A stretch of 57,448 nt of DNA, counting the filler, from Sphacelaria rigidula (taxonomy: Eukaryota), in NCBI GenBank assembly GCA_964200075.2. It is 4 parts of 4 records of this genome, joined end to end, with 100 filler letters (N's around TTAATTAATTAA, not from the genome) between each part and the next. Parts side by side here need not be neighbours in the genome. Positions count along the whole stretch, not along the records: positions 1 to 14,289 come from CAXNAA020002332.1; positions 14,390 to 28,676 come from CAXNAA020002333.1; 2 more parts are not named here. One strand, written 5' to 3'. This document shows, piece by piece, positions 13,201 to 26,018 of the stretch; the stretch's first letter is position 1; the number at the start of each line of letters is the position of its first letter. A program made the translations under genes and the position numbers. The notes beneath the pieces are model-generated. The model had not been told where the DNA came from. It saw only the letters and a list, made by a program, of their open reading frames with translations, and ran no database searches.

Positions 13201-14099
13201 TTTTCCAGCAGCCGAACACTGCTCAATGGAAAAACAAACTGCAACCTGACATGCGCATGAAGAGAGATCGATCACTCGATATCCTATATATAGACAGCCC
13301 TGCATAGCCTGTCCCTCTTGCACTCCTCCTATTACGTAGGCGATACCACCCTGTGCCAGGAGTGCCAACCGAACGTGAGGAATACTTCAGAGCGAAATCT
13401 TGCTTTCCTTTCTCGCATCGAACTGTAGCGATTGACCTTGGCTGCATGCTACTTCCCTTTTGATAGCCCACGAAAGCTCATGAAGACGTTCCTGGTAATG
13501 TGGTACAGACTTTACATGGACTAACTGACTGTTTGGGTATCTACTATATGACATACGGTCGGTCCTGCTAAAAGCTACCGGCAGTATGAAGCCTGAGCTT
13601 ACCGGTGCCTCCAACGAGCCTCCTCATAGCCATGCTGCTAGACATCGCAATATCACGTGTGGGACATCTAATCACGCTACACGCTACAGTACCCTGGAAC
13701 ATTCCTTGTACGTTCACATTCACCTGATCCTGATTTCTCAGACTCAGTCGCTCAAAACGTTGTATTCTCAGAGAGAAGAATGGATGCCAGTCTTGGTGGG
13801 GTACATGCGTGTTCGGATGTAGGATGGCGAAACCAAGGATATAATATTCGACGTCTATGTTAGACTTGTTCTTAACGACGCAAATAAAAACATTTCTTCC
13901 ACTCAACAGGAGATCCTGAAATAAAATGGACACGATCGGGTATACCCGCGGCTGTTGCAGTCATGAGTGGGTTCAGGTATAATAACAACAAACTGTGCGA
14001 ATTGAGGTTTAACTCCGAGATGAGGTTCAAGCCTAGAACAGTGCTTTCCCCACACTTTCAGCGATGGTGCCCAATGACGTTTTTGTCGGCCTAATGCCT

Positions 14100-14289
14100 C
14101 TCGATCGCGTAGATACTTTTTCAGCGCAATTCACCGACTCTGTGAGCTTACATACAACAGCGCTGACCGAAACCATCATTGCCCCCCCTTTCTGGAGGGG
14201 GGTAATATCAGGGAAAATGACGGTTTCGGTCAACGCTGTAAGCTCACAGAGTCGGTGAATTGCACTGAAAAAGTATGTACGCGATCGAG
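14100..14289. repeat. Long inverted repeat (foldback) running to the scaffold end
   Basis: Arms of ~75-80 nt: ctcgatcgcgtagatactttttcagcgcaattcaccgactctgtgagcttaca... pairs with ...tgtaagctcacagagtcggtgaattgcactgaaaaagtatgtacgcgatcgag. Confidence 0.9.
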
Positions 14290-14389
14290 NNNNNNNNNNN
14301 NNNNNNNNNNNNNNNNNNNNNNNNNNNNNNNNNTTAATTAATTAANNNNNNNNNNNNNNNNNNNNNNNNNNNNNNNNNNNNNNNNNNNN
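14290..14389. other. Artificial scaffold linker
   Basis: N44-TTAATTAATTAA-N44, with stop codons in all six frames. Confidence 0.98.
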
Positions 14390-14452
14390 GGTAGCAGGCG
14401 GAGTGTAGGAGGAAGAGCAAACAAACACGGGAGAAACCCCAGAAAAAACACC

Positions 14453-14483
<31 letters not shown>

Positions 14484-15559
14484 CACACACACAATGGATC
14501 TTCCACCCGTGCTTCCCCGAAGACACGCGAAACCGAGAAATATGTGGAGCTTACTTCTCGACCACGAGGAGTTTAGATGTTTATTGTAGAAGCATCCGTA
14601 CGAAAAACCATCACGTAACGTGATCCACTGTGGCACACAAACTCGTCAAGGGGACTGCTTCCCGGTAGGAGGAGTGACCTTCCGGCCGCCAGGGCGGGTT
14701 TCCCGGATCTTTCGTGTATCGTCGAGGTGAAAATAATATATTTCAACGGATAGCCTGCCATGCTGCCAAAGGATCAATTAATTGCTACGTAGCGATTGTG
14801 GAGCTGTCAGAAGAAATTTCAAGTAGGTGCCCCGATATAAGGCCGGGGTGATCAATGTCGAATGAGGTGGCCTCGTATCGAAAACGGTCGGCAACCGATT
14901 TGAGACCGCTTCGGTGTCAAATTCAATGAAGCGTCGCATTGTGTGACTAGGCTCCCCCTATAATGCCGGGTCAACAAGCGGCGAGCGTTGTCACAGTCGA
15001 CGGAGAATAGAATCACTGCATTGTTCTGCTTCATGTATGGTGTGGTTTAGTCTAGGCGGCTGTCGCAGGACTTCGTGCGCTCCCAATCCTCTCTGGTGGG
15101 GATGGAGACAAGGAACAGAAAAGAACTCTGGCCATTCCCGGCCACAGCATCCGCAATTTGCGAAGGACAGCATGTTGTCGTCCCCTTGTCCTAAACTACC
15201 CACAAAAAAAAAAAAATCCCAACAACCCAACACACACTTCCATTGTATCCTGCCGCTTTCAACAATACGTGAGTATTGGAGCAAGACACAACAGAGGGAC
15301 GGCAGCACGCTCTCTCAGTCCTACAGAGATAAGCATTCGAACTACCTCACCGGCGTAGTTCATCGCCAAAGTCGTCCTCCCGATATGCGCTACTACTCGA
15401 CGAAGGAGCGGGTGACAATTTGGCGTGCCTTGTTGAAGACACGGAGCCAGTGACAAACTCCTTCACCTGTGGAGTACCCGTGGTCCTGACATGCTGACAA
15501 CCTCGCGATGACGCAGGACAGGCCCCCCCGATCCAATGCCATTTTCCGCTAAGGACCCT

Positions 15560-15655
15560 TACTAACGACCTTTATTGTTCATCCGCTTTCATCATAAAAT
15601 GGATGAAACTGGATGAAAAAAGGATGGAATGGATGAAAAAAAAAGCCCGTTAATA
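15560..15655. repeat. Small degenerate inverted-repeat element with internal TGGATGAA repeats
   Basis: tactaacgacctttattgttcatcc imperfectly pairs with ggatgaaaaaaaaagcccgttaata. Confidence 0.45.
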
Positions 15656-16992
15656 ACCGCCTGAGGACAAATACCCGCCTTATATCCAGAGAGGTATGAG
15701 AAGATAATCTCGGCGGCCCCTTATCTATAGTAAAATGGCCTCAGTGAAAGTGGCCTTATATTGGGTTGCCTATCGTAAACGGTATTCGGAAATTTGCGTA
15801 TAAAGTGATAACTGTTCTAACGTTGGCTACCGTGGTGCAACTCATGTCACCTACCGCTGTTTTCTGGTCACAGACGGCACGGTGTTCCATTGTTTTCATC
15901 ACCATAGCATATCCGTGAGTTTGATCGGATATAACTTCCCCGTGCGACATCTGTACGTTGCGGCAGCACCAGCATGCTCACTCGAGTACTGTTCTGTTGA
16001 TGTCAGTACGTCCATGCGCATGTGCTGCAAAGGCACAGCGGCACCTTCGGCTGCTGTACCGTCTGTGTAGCAATCGACACCCCCAGACCACGTGGCAAAG
16101 GCATGCTATTGGAAATTTGTGCGTGTTGTGCCCTCAAACACCTGGGAGTATCATTGGGTGGGAAGTGAGGAAGAGATTTGGGGACACGGCACAAGGGACG
16201 ATGTTACGAACAAAGAGCAGCAATGCGAGATATATGGCCAACACGCTGTCAGCTACAGACTCTTGTGTGGTGGCATGAGGTGGCGGCGGTTTGTACGATG
16301 GTCTTTGGTGATGTCTACGACAGTGTTCCACTACCATCATTCCTCACTTCATATCTCATTGTGCTAAATGTCAACTTGCAGGCAACAGCGCGGCCTTCCT
16401 AAATCGGTATAAATCTCACTTGTGGTGAACTGAAAAACACTTACGGTAACCCATTGTTACAACAGAAACCGGAACAGATTGCTGGAGCTACTTTGGGACG
16501 CTTTTGCTACATACGCGGTCATTTCCTGGCCCGATTTCAGTATGGCGCATGCACACTTCGACCACGAAATTCGCCCCAAGGCTCAGGACGCAACGGGAAA
16601 GCCCTCACTCGATCGGACTAACTGACCATTTCAGCGCTGGTGAACACAAGCACATGCTTTCGGTTTATCCTCTAATGCCCCCCCCCCCCATTCGACACCA
16701 CGCTCGAACACGGGGAGATATTCCTCACTCCGGTGCTCATCGTGACGAAAAACTTGCAACAGTAGACGAACTCTTCCACCCCATTCCGCTTCACTCTTGC
16801 CCCTCGCCGGCGGATCCCATCGAAGTGGATACTACAGGTACAAGGATGTTTTATTTGCGGGCATGACAGGATGAAGCCTGGCGTATCCCGCAGTATACAA
16901 AACATATATATATCAACAGTAAGAATTATAGCCACGATCGACTACGGTGGCCATAGTACGATGTATCCTCCTTCTCACGACCAGCTGCAGCT

Positions 16993-19900
16993 CTAAACAG
17001 GCCGAAAGCGCACCGTTCCACATGGGACGACGCTTGCGATGTCGGCGTCCGCCATCCCGAGGGGATCCACAGTGACGCTGCTCGGTTGCCGCGCCACATT
17101 TGCAACATAGGAGCCGGGGTACCATGACATGGGGTCGATAGAATACACACGCGCAGCAACGGAGGGCAGGAGCGGCACGAGGGTCGGGCAGTGAGCCATG
17201 TCAGCGTTGCTACGTGGGCGCACCGTCGTGCCCACTTGTTGTGTGTGAGATTGGATCGGTGCGTGGAGTGAGTGCTGAAATGATGCTGAAATGCACAGTT
17301 GCAGAGTAATCGACGATTTTTACCGTATCTATGAATATTCATCATCAACGGGGTACAGTGTAACAGTCGTGATGCATAACACAGATCACACGAGACAGAC
17401 AAAATGTGCGGTCATATGCTGCAACCGACATTACAAGAAGCTCGTCAAGAGTGAACCTTGTCGAGCGTATGGCCAACCACCGCGGCCATTGGCTCGTTCA
17501 CTATAGAAGTCAAACAATCGCAAGCTACCATAACGAGGCAGTTCCACAATTACAAACCATAGGTGAAGCTCTCGTCTCGAACGCATAATCGTAATGTCCT
17601 GACCGAAGGATTCATGTATCTCTCAGTGATGCACTCCCGCCCCCTCCGTCCCTCACGTATCTACGCGGCCGAAAGTCAATAGTTTCCACATCGGGTGACA
17701 ATATGGTTAACGGCACTTTGTAACTACAGCAGCTGCAATAGTGACCAAGTATAATTATCACTCGTTAGGTGACTGAACTATTTTCGACTCCCTGGTTATG
17801 GGGTATGGGGTGTTCTTCAGGCAAGTCCGCGACTAAAACTCATCACTTGAGCCAAGTTCAGTCGAGAAGTCTGACATCGTCTGGCAGCTTGGATGCTTGA
17901 AACTGAAGTATTGCCCCCCCCTCCCTCATCATTTTGGCATAAAGACATTCGGCGGGGTGTATAATCGAAATCGATACGTGCGTACCCCATGCTGCTCAAT
18001 CACCAGCTTCCTCACCAAGATCATATCGCCGAGCGATTACACACGACAAACGAACGGACATCTTACCGTTCGATGGAGCGCACGCCCACCGTTCCGCTGT
18101 TGAGCGTCGGGCCGAGGTCGGCATCTCGTCTGTGGTCAACTTTTACAAACATTTGACCAGCAGGAATCTTTCCCCCTCCCCTCAGCTCCTGATGCGCAAC
18201 ATGCGAAGGACAGAGAGGTGGTGGTAAACGATGGGGAGACGGGACATTTTTGCGTCATTGAGCGATGCTACAGTTGGGGTGCACAAATACTTTCCGAGGT
18301 TAGAGTTGTTAGGAGCCCATGATCTTGTCTAAAACGCGACTTATGAAATGTGTGAGAGTACGCCAGGATTACTATTCCAATATGCTGAGGATATCCCGAA
18401 TGGATTTGCAAACAGGGATGCCCTGACCTATATTCTTGTGCATCTACAATCGCTAGGAGCCCCTGAATCAGACAAGATATTGGGCAAAAAGTGCACCCCT
18501 ACCGTAGCATTGCTCCATTACCTCTCCTTGCCGCTTACATATTGACTAACTGACCCGTCCGCGATGAAGGTACGGAGCGAATCCAGAAGCGGAATATGCA
18601 ATACAGGACTACGAACCAACGGCGTCACCTCTGTCGCACGGGATACCAGACGTTATTTTTGGTACTCGAACAGCAGGCACTGTGAGGAGAAGCGTCTTGC
18701 ACAAGGAGCAAACTTACGATGTCTAGGTTCTGGATCTGCAGTAGCAGGAACGGGTAAAGAGGTTCCTTGAACAATCCCCAAATCCACAGCCCCGCAGCTC
18801 GCTTGTCTTCTTCCTCGGATAAGGTCCAGCGAGCGTTGCCCTCTTGCTGGGCAAAACACATGTTGTCCTGAGGAACAAAAACGTGTTCGTTCCGGCAATA
18901 CGAAACAGCAAACCCGACGGTTACAGCGGTGTGCGTGGGGGTGGGAATGGGGCGGTAATGGCAAGTATGCGCCACAGAAGCAGTGGATTGGGCGGGGAAA
19001 CGGATAGGTGTCGCACGGCGGTAAATGAGTTGATAGCTTTCGAAGTATGTTAGGCCGTGTCTTATCGAGACAGATGAAATATATCTTCGAAATCAGTTTG
19101 CAAACAGATTTGCGCACACAGCGATCACTGTCAGTCTTATCGAAAACACATTTTCTATCCAGATGTAAGTCACATCCACGTGCAGGTTCCAAATTGCGGC
19201 GGTTCCAGCCCTGGTTGCTGGTTTAACATATATTTGGTGGTACAGCAAGGAAGACGCAACGATGAAACACAACACTCACATACGGAGCCCCAAAACACAG
19301 ACGCAGACACTCAGACACACACAGACACCCATCGCTTACCCCCATCAGCTTCACGCAATCCCTTGCTCATCTACACGCAGCAGGCTTGCTTTGACGGAAA
19401 TCTGTTCAGTATTGGAGAAATGGTGGCCGCGTGCGTGTCAATTTCAACCGATAACGTGCCGTTTTTGACCCTTGTATGTGCTTTATATCCGGTGCGCGTC
19501 TGGCATCAACGATTGTTTTTGTCTAATTCTGAACCGATTTGATCAAAAGCAAAGTACACGGTACTCAGCTGCAGCAGCTACAACTTGAGCGATACGAAGT
19601 ATGTTATCTGCTCGCGAGGGTCGTGGGGCTCTCAGTCCACGAGCCGTTGTGTTATGTTGTCTGCCACACCTTCGCATGTAACCCTGGAGTTTAGGCTTTC
19701 ACTTATTGTGCTAGCATATTTTCTGGCATAATTCCACCGTGGTAGCATAAATAGCATAGCGTTTCAGCAAGTAGCATAAATGGCATAGCGTTTCAGCAAT
19801 TAGCATAATCGATCACAATTTCCATGCTGGGAGCATAATCGAGCATAATGTTTCACCATAGGGGTGGGAAAACTGGTCTAAATGTTGACCTGCTGTGATA

Positions 19901-22900
19901 TTTTGGGCGAAAATGTTGCTATCATCAACCGCGGGTCTGAAATACGTGTACGCTCTGGAACTAGACATTCAAACTGCCAGTGTGATCGATCGCAGGTCTG
20001 AAAAACGTTCCAGTACCGTTGTGAAGAAGCGAAGTAAGGGGTACCATTGTACGAGTATTGGTTGGCATGTATTCGAGGAACTTTGATGAAGGGCATCTCG
20101 GAACCGTTTGGATGGGGGATGGTGGGGGAGGTGGGAAGCCCACGTATATATGTTTTTTATCTTGGCTTCCCATTTGTTTTTTTGTGTGTTCTGGTTCTGT
20201 ACTTTTTCCGGCTACTTCGTTCTTCTCGTCCGTGTGTGTGTGTTGTTGTCCCATCTGTTCTGGACGCCAGTCTACATCTGTCGGTATATGTGGGCGCACC
20301 AGCCGGGGTCACACAGAAGGAAGATTAACGCAGGGATTTTTTCTTATGTATTTACTTGTTTTTGGTACCCCACCTTACTTCTGCGGTGCTTGCCTTTATT
20401 TTAATCGCAAGTGCGGTTCAGGTGTCCCTTTCCCTCGTCAACCGTTTAGTCGCCTGTTGTGTACCCACGACGTAGCTCCTCTCCACTGTTGGACGTGGTG
20501 TGAGAACAATCCCAGATCGCGCCGAGAATTGAACCCACGACCCAGCCGTCAGAAGGTTTCGAGGTTACCAACTGAGCCACCGGGGCGGACGTCTACTCCA
20601 GTATTTCTACCAATTTCTACCCTTTTGTGTGTTTCCTTTTTTGCACCTTGTTTCCTGGGTTGTACCCATCTTGCGACCTTGGCTGGATTAGAAGCAGATC
20701 GGTTCATGCGAGACAATCGATCTAACAATCATTCATGAACTAAATGTCAGTTTTTCGTTTGTCGTTGTCCTTGGACACGAGTTCCTCGACATGGGACAAG
20801 CGACGAGTAAACACATCATAACAACGTTTTCGTGGGATTGAGTGTAGAGCGCAGATTGAGAGTGGCTTTGATCGTTCGCTTTAACTTAGCCAATCTTTCA
20901 TTCCGTGTGTGTTCGTGTTTGCCTCCATCATTGCCGTGTGCTTACAGCTACACGTCGATATCCTACTCAGGGATATCAAGCGCCTCAGTGGCAAGCTACT
21001 ACAGAAATAACAATGGACCTCGTGGGGGGGCATTCCAGAACTGAAACGATTCATTCACTGATTGACCGGTTTTTACTCTCAATCGTATCCTCTACTCTCA
21101 ATCTCACGAAAACATTGCTTCATGAGATTTTGTGACTTGTCATTTTGAGTATGATGAGATGCATCTGCATCGACCTTCGGAGGATGCGTACAATGTACAC
21201 TCATTGTGCCAGATCGCGATGGATATTCGAATCAGCAAGTTGCCCACCATTTGTCTTGTCTGTAGGGCAGTGGGGGGGCGGCATATGGCACAAGATGCAG
21301 TACATGTAGTGCGCACTGATATACAGCGATGCATCGTGTACGACAACGGAAAAATACGGCTTTCAAGCACCCTTATGCAGGCAAATCGTATTTTGTATGT
21401 ACATAACATGCATATAGTGATCGGTGGGCCTGCAGTCGGTCGAAAATGGCACCCTTGCCAGATATTACGAGCATAGTCGAGCATAACTTCCACTTTTTTT
21501 TTCTTTTCCCCACGCTTTGAACCCCTTCCCTTCCTCGGGATGAGTCCGTGGTCTCAAGGGATCAACCTATCTCTCCCCCGGTACGTGCCTTTCATTTTGA
21601 TCTCGCGGATCACACAAACCAAGTCGACTACGTTATTTACTCACGTTCTCACACTTTCCCCCACGGTGGAAATCATACATTACGAAGAAAAACCGCAACG
21701 CATCGGGAATCGAACCCCCGTTCTCTCCACCCTGATGGCGACAGTTGGACCATTACACCACCGGGGCGCGAGCATAAATCGAGCATAATGTTTTGGAAAT
21801 GCGAGCATAAATCGGGGCATATATTCCGCCTTACGAGCATAATTTTTGGTGAGATTACTAGCATAAAAAAGTGACCTTACTAGCGTAATAAGTAAAAACC
21901 TACTGGAGTTGTTACGTTCATGTTCCCGTTCGAACAATCAAGTGGAATATCTGTTTGCGCAAAACGAGTCCGAAGGGCCCCCGTGCTTGGGAGTGGAATC
22001 GGACCGACCAATCACAGGGGACAAAACGCAAACATACGCTTGAGCGAACATCTTTTTCTGCCTCGACAAGAGACGACCTCAACTCTGGTTACCAACTCTC
22101 CATATATCTGACACGCCTGCCTACAATCTCAAGACTACCCGTTTTGAACGTTGTCCATCCCCTCGCCCGCGTAGTTGTCATTCTTCTGCCGGGTGAACGG
22201 GCTCGCCTAGCTATAGCTATCATCCGTCAGTTGTGCTGTCTTCTCTGGACTTGCGCTTCAACAAGATTATTCGTACACACTGTCCGCGTGGGTATAATGC
22301 TTCGAGGGTCCCTGCTGTCTTCAGAGGTCGGTATACTAAGTACTGCGCTGAGCTTCAAATGAGTCAGGGCAGAGATGAAAAACAGGCCGAAAGACGCCTT
22401 CGTTGACTTGATGTTATTCATGTACAACACGCTGAAAGGATGCACCAATTACCTCTATTACTTCCAAAGAGCCCTGAGGTGGCTCGAAGTTGACATCCTC
22501 GTCGAAGCGCACTCGCACCGCTACCTCCGTTACTTCTCCTTTCCCTTCTTCCAGTGTTGGGTCCTGACGTGTTATCGCACATAGTGAACAGGATTGGGTG
22601 AGCCATGAAAAAGCTACTGAAAAAAAAAACGCAGCCAATATCATGCAAGCGTACCCTCAACGCCAAGGCTGGCGATGTGTTATGCGCATCATGACAAGAA
22701 GAGCGCTTCGTAGGTGATGGGGTGATCAGCACAGGGCCACTATGATAACATTTGCAGACAGCCATCCCGTTCGCCCGTCGTCAAGGGTGCAATCGAACTT
22801 TCCCGTGACATCATGATAGCCTCCCTTACGGTGCTATCCATCCCCTTGTTTCAAGCAAATGGAGCCTGATGGACTCTATGAATTTCTCTCCACCGTTTTG

Positions 22901-24722
22901 CTCGACGGACCAAAGGAGCAGAAAAAAACGATATACGTTGCGCGCTCTCGAAAAGTGATACCGCGACAGCGCCCCCCCTTCCCCCCCTCCCCTCGCTCCC
23001 CCACAGTGGCGGGTTCAGGGAGGCAAAATCCACGTACGAATCAAAATGATGAAGGCTGAGTACACCGAGCAGCCGGAAACTTGAACACGTGGGATCGTTT
23101 TCGTCAATGTCGCCCATATGAGGCCCTTCATGCCGTCTGGAACCAGCCATCCTGACAGTTTGGCGCTGATTTATTGGGGGGCAGCTATGGCGGCATCACT
23201 CCAAATATATTTGTAGACATCGTGGGACGTGCTGATTGGGCTTGGAAGGTTTGTGTACTACTGCTACGCGGTTAGCTGTTCAGTTGCAGTCGTCTAGTTG
23301 GCCACACCTGTTACCGTGTGTGTGTATGTTGACGTCCCATCTATTCTGGGCGCCGGTCTACACCTTTCGGTCAATGTGGGCGCACCAGCCGGGGTCACAG
23401 AGGAGAAAGGTCAACACAGGATTTTTTATATATATATATTTGTTTTTGATACTCCGTCTTCCTTTTGCGGTGCATGCGTCTTTTTTTTTAATCGCGAGAG
23501 GAGTTTAACAGTCTCCTTCCCTCGTCGACCGTGAAGTCGCATTTTGTGTCCCCACGACATAGTTGCTCGCCACTATTGGGCATTGTGCGAGAAAAAATCC
23601 GAGATCGCTCCGAGGATTGAACCCATGACCCAACCGTCAGAAGGTGTTGAGGTTACGGACTGGGCCACCGGGGCGACCGATTTGCGACACAAATAATCGG
23701 TGACTGAAAACGTAATTAAAGAAGATAATAGGATCTTTGGTGGCAGGGTCGATGGTGATGAAACGTATGGAACACGAGTCACAAATCCAGTCGAGAGTGA
23801 TATGACGGGAAGACGCTGGGTGACGAAGAACTCGCTAGATACTGTTCATCGCCTTGAGGCAGTTGGGAAGAACCAACGTCAAACGTATGCAAGTTGGCAC
23901 AAGCCAGCAGTACACCCTACTAGGCGTGCGCTGGTTTACCCGCCTGGTCGCTGCTGGGAACATGCGACGTGACGTCATTGAAGCTCGAATACAAAGCTCC
24001 ACAATCAAAAAGTAACTCAGGACGAAACGAAGTGAGAAAACGTACTGGAAACGCTTTGAGACTCATGTATGATACAACGGTGCGGAGCACTCTTACACGG
24101 CAGACTACAAATTAACCGATACAGCCTATGTGGCAGCATTCCACAAGCTTGGCCATACATTGCAAGAAGTATCGTGGATCAAAATGTTGGCTATTGGCCG
24201 AGTCAGCACAGATCCGCAGATTGACCACGCAGACACCAGCTGACATGATCATGTTCGTAAAAGTATCCGAGTACCACGAGGAAAATATTACATCATTTTG
24301 TTCGTCGGAAAGTTTACCCTCAAAGAAAGCATCATTCTCCACTGCGTTTGAGCTGTAAGCGTTGGCGTTCCCTTGGTCTTTCTCTCCTCTTCCAGCCATG
24401 GTTGCTGCAATTGCTGTGGTTTTTCACCAACTGTCTCCCCTCTCTCGGCGGGGGTGGTGCTGCTCGTGCTGCTCGTAGTATCAAGATTCGCGTCCTCGGC
24501 CGTTCCTAGAGCAGAACAAGATTCTCGCCGTCTACATGTCGCCGTAGGTTTGGATACTACTCTATTGCCTCTGGGGTGATTTCGGCGTACCAGTTGGCTG
24601 TCACGGATGTTGGATCTCCATGAGAAGGAATAACATAACAGAGGAAAACATGTGATGCACGCGGCGATTGCTAGTGTTGTGCGCACCATCGCGAACGAGA
24701 AATCGTGTGAGCGTTTCTTCAT
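16993..24722 (-). CDS. Uncharacterised, probably plastid-targeted protein (5 exons found; start at 24722 or 24689)
   Basis: Phase-consistent exons: 24722-24318 (signal peptide MVRTTLAIAACITCFPLLCYS-F plus Ser/Arg-rich transit peptide), 22563-22453 (..VRFDEDVNFEPPQGSLEVIE), 18846-18718 (..WTLSEEEDKRAAGLWIWGLFKEPLYPFLLLQ..), 18188-18067 (ELRGGGKIPAGQMFVKVDHRRD..), 17077-16993 (VTVDPLGMADA..CGTVRFRPV*). The motifs are recalled from algal hypothetical proteins; a small extra exon cannot be excluded. Confidence 0.85.
18265..18510. mobile_element. ~245-bp MITE (family A), second copy, intronic
   Basis: TIRs atgctacagttggggtgcac / gtgcacccctaccgtagcat; the interior is the diverged reverse complement of 4311-4555. 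Confidence 0.85.
20232..20586 (-). mobile_element. tRNA-derived SINE family 1, copy 2
   Basis: Head GCCCCGGTGGCTCAGTTGG (A box), GGTTCAATTC (B box), shared body and (CA)n tail. Confidence 0.9.
21494..21769 (-). mobile_element. tRNA-derived SINE family 2, copy 1
   Basis: Minus strand begins GCGCCCCGGTGGTGTAATGG (A box), has GGTTCGATTCC (B box) and ends in an A-rich tail; homolog at 53206-53506. Confidence 0.85.
23316..23679 (-). mobile_element. tRNA-derived SINE family 1, copy 3
   Basis: Full length with A and B boxes, shared body and degenerate (CA)n tail. Confidence 0.9.
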
Positions 24723-25136
24723 GATGCGACCGGTGCTATGGTGAACTTGTAAATGGTCATTTTCCGGGGCCGGCGATCCTCCGTTTCGGAACAGTTGGAG
24801 AGTTGATCTCCTTTCGCCTCGCGCTTGGTGTCATTCACCATACGGTATCATATTCTGTGTAACAGGGTTTAATCCCAGCGAAGTGGAGCTCCCGCAACGT
24901 GATGCGTGGATGAGCAGAGGCTGAGCGCAGTATATGTATGCCAAAGTAGCTGAGCTAAACGCTCCAAAGCCTGATCCTTCTCTGCCTTGAGTTTCGCGCT
25001 TCAACGGAATTCGTCTCAAACCTCACACAACAGCGCCTCTTGCTTACACAATCCGCGAGGAGTGAGGAGACGGATAGCCCAACGGCGGCTACCCCCTACA
25101 GACAACCAAAGTGAAACCAAGGCCACAGTATTGGGT

Positions 25137-25483
25137 ATGAGTATACCTCCGCCACCACCGCTCCCGCCGGGTACAGTGGTCCCGCAGGCCAGACTCAGTC
25201 CACCCCCTATGCCGGCCCCTAAGGGCACCGCGACTCTGGCATCGATGTCTTTGCCTAGCGCGGGGTATCCAGGTGCTGCAACAGCGGCAGCACCCACCGG
25301 TGGGGTGGGCGTTCCCCTGCCTCCCCCGCTGCCACCTGGCACAATGATTCCTGGTAGTAGACCACTACCGCCGGCTATGCCGCCCACAATGCTACCCGGG
25401 GTTGGAATAGCAGGTGTTGGAGGGGTGGTGCCTGCTGTTGCTGCTCTGCCACCTAGGCCTGTGCTGGAGAGACCTGCTGACGG
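25137..25483 (+). CDS. First coding exon of a proline-rich protein (remaining exons not identified)
   Basis: ATG at 25137 gives MSIPPPPPLPPGTVVPQ...LPPRPVLERPADG, then donor gtgggt; divergent from the neighbouring gene start about 415 nt away. Confidence 0.7.
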
Positions 25484-26018
25484 GTGGGTTTTCTGGCATG
25501 GTCGGTCGGTGTTTTGAGAGGGACTCGGTTGAGGGTGTTTTGGTGCGCTGGTACCGTCGACACTGGTTGCGTGCTGCTGTATGTAGGTAATACTTTTAGA
25601 GGGACCATAGTTTTGTGTTGAAGACTGAGTGTTGTGACTACGTTGACGAGCCTTTGATGTCGATCTGTGTGAGGGTGATGGTCGGCAGCAGGTTGAAAAA
25701 TGGTGTTCATGTCAGCATCGAAGAACCCATACACAACAGCAGGTACGATACGAACAATACCATAACTTTTCGAATTGAAAACCACTCATGGTAGTATGGG
25801 GAGCCTCCTGGGATATTCGCACATGCGGATACGAGGTGAAGAGTGAGAGAAAACACCCGCTTGGACAGGAGAGTTATTCGGTGCACCCGGCAATCTCATC
25901 TCGGAACAATATCGTCGTTTGACGGTCCAAGGGTTTCTAGTGGGGGGAAGAGGGATTCATTTGGAGGGGTGGGTAGTACAGGTTCCCAGATCGTCAAAAA
26001 AAGCTCTCGAGATCAACC

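Larger units (their letters stand above)
19692..21902. mobile_element. Non-autonomous hAT-type DNA transposon (2.2 kb) carrying two SINE insertions
   Basis: TIRs taggctttcacttattgtgctag / ctagcgtaataagtaaaaaccta; perfect 8-bp TSD ctggagtt at 19684-19691 and 21903-21910; subterminal AGCATA arrays at both ends. Confidence 0.9.

Noticed and set aside
14334..14345. TTAATTAATTAA as a biological motif or piggyBac site
   Set aside because: It is centred identically in all three N linkers, so it is synthetic.
15050..16830. Minus-strand exon candidates near 15350-15466 and 16731-16830
   Set aside because: No recognisable protein, no start exon, and one lies only about 160 nt past the previous stop codon, probably in a 3' UTR.
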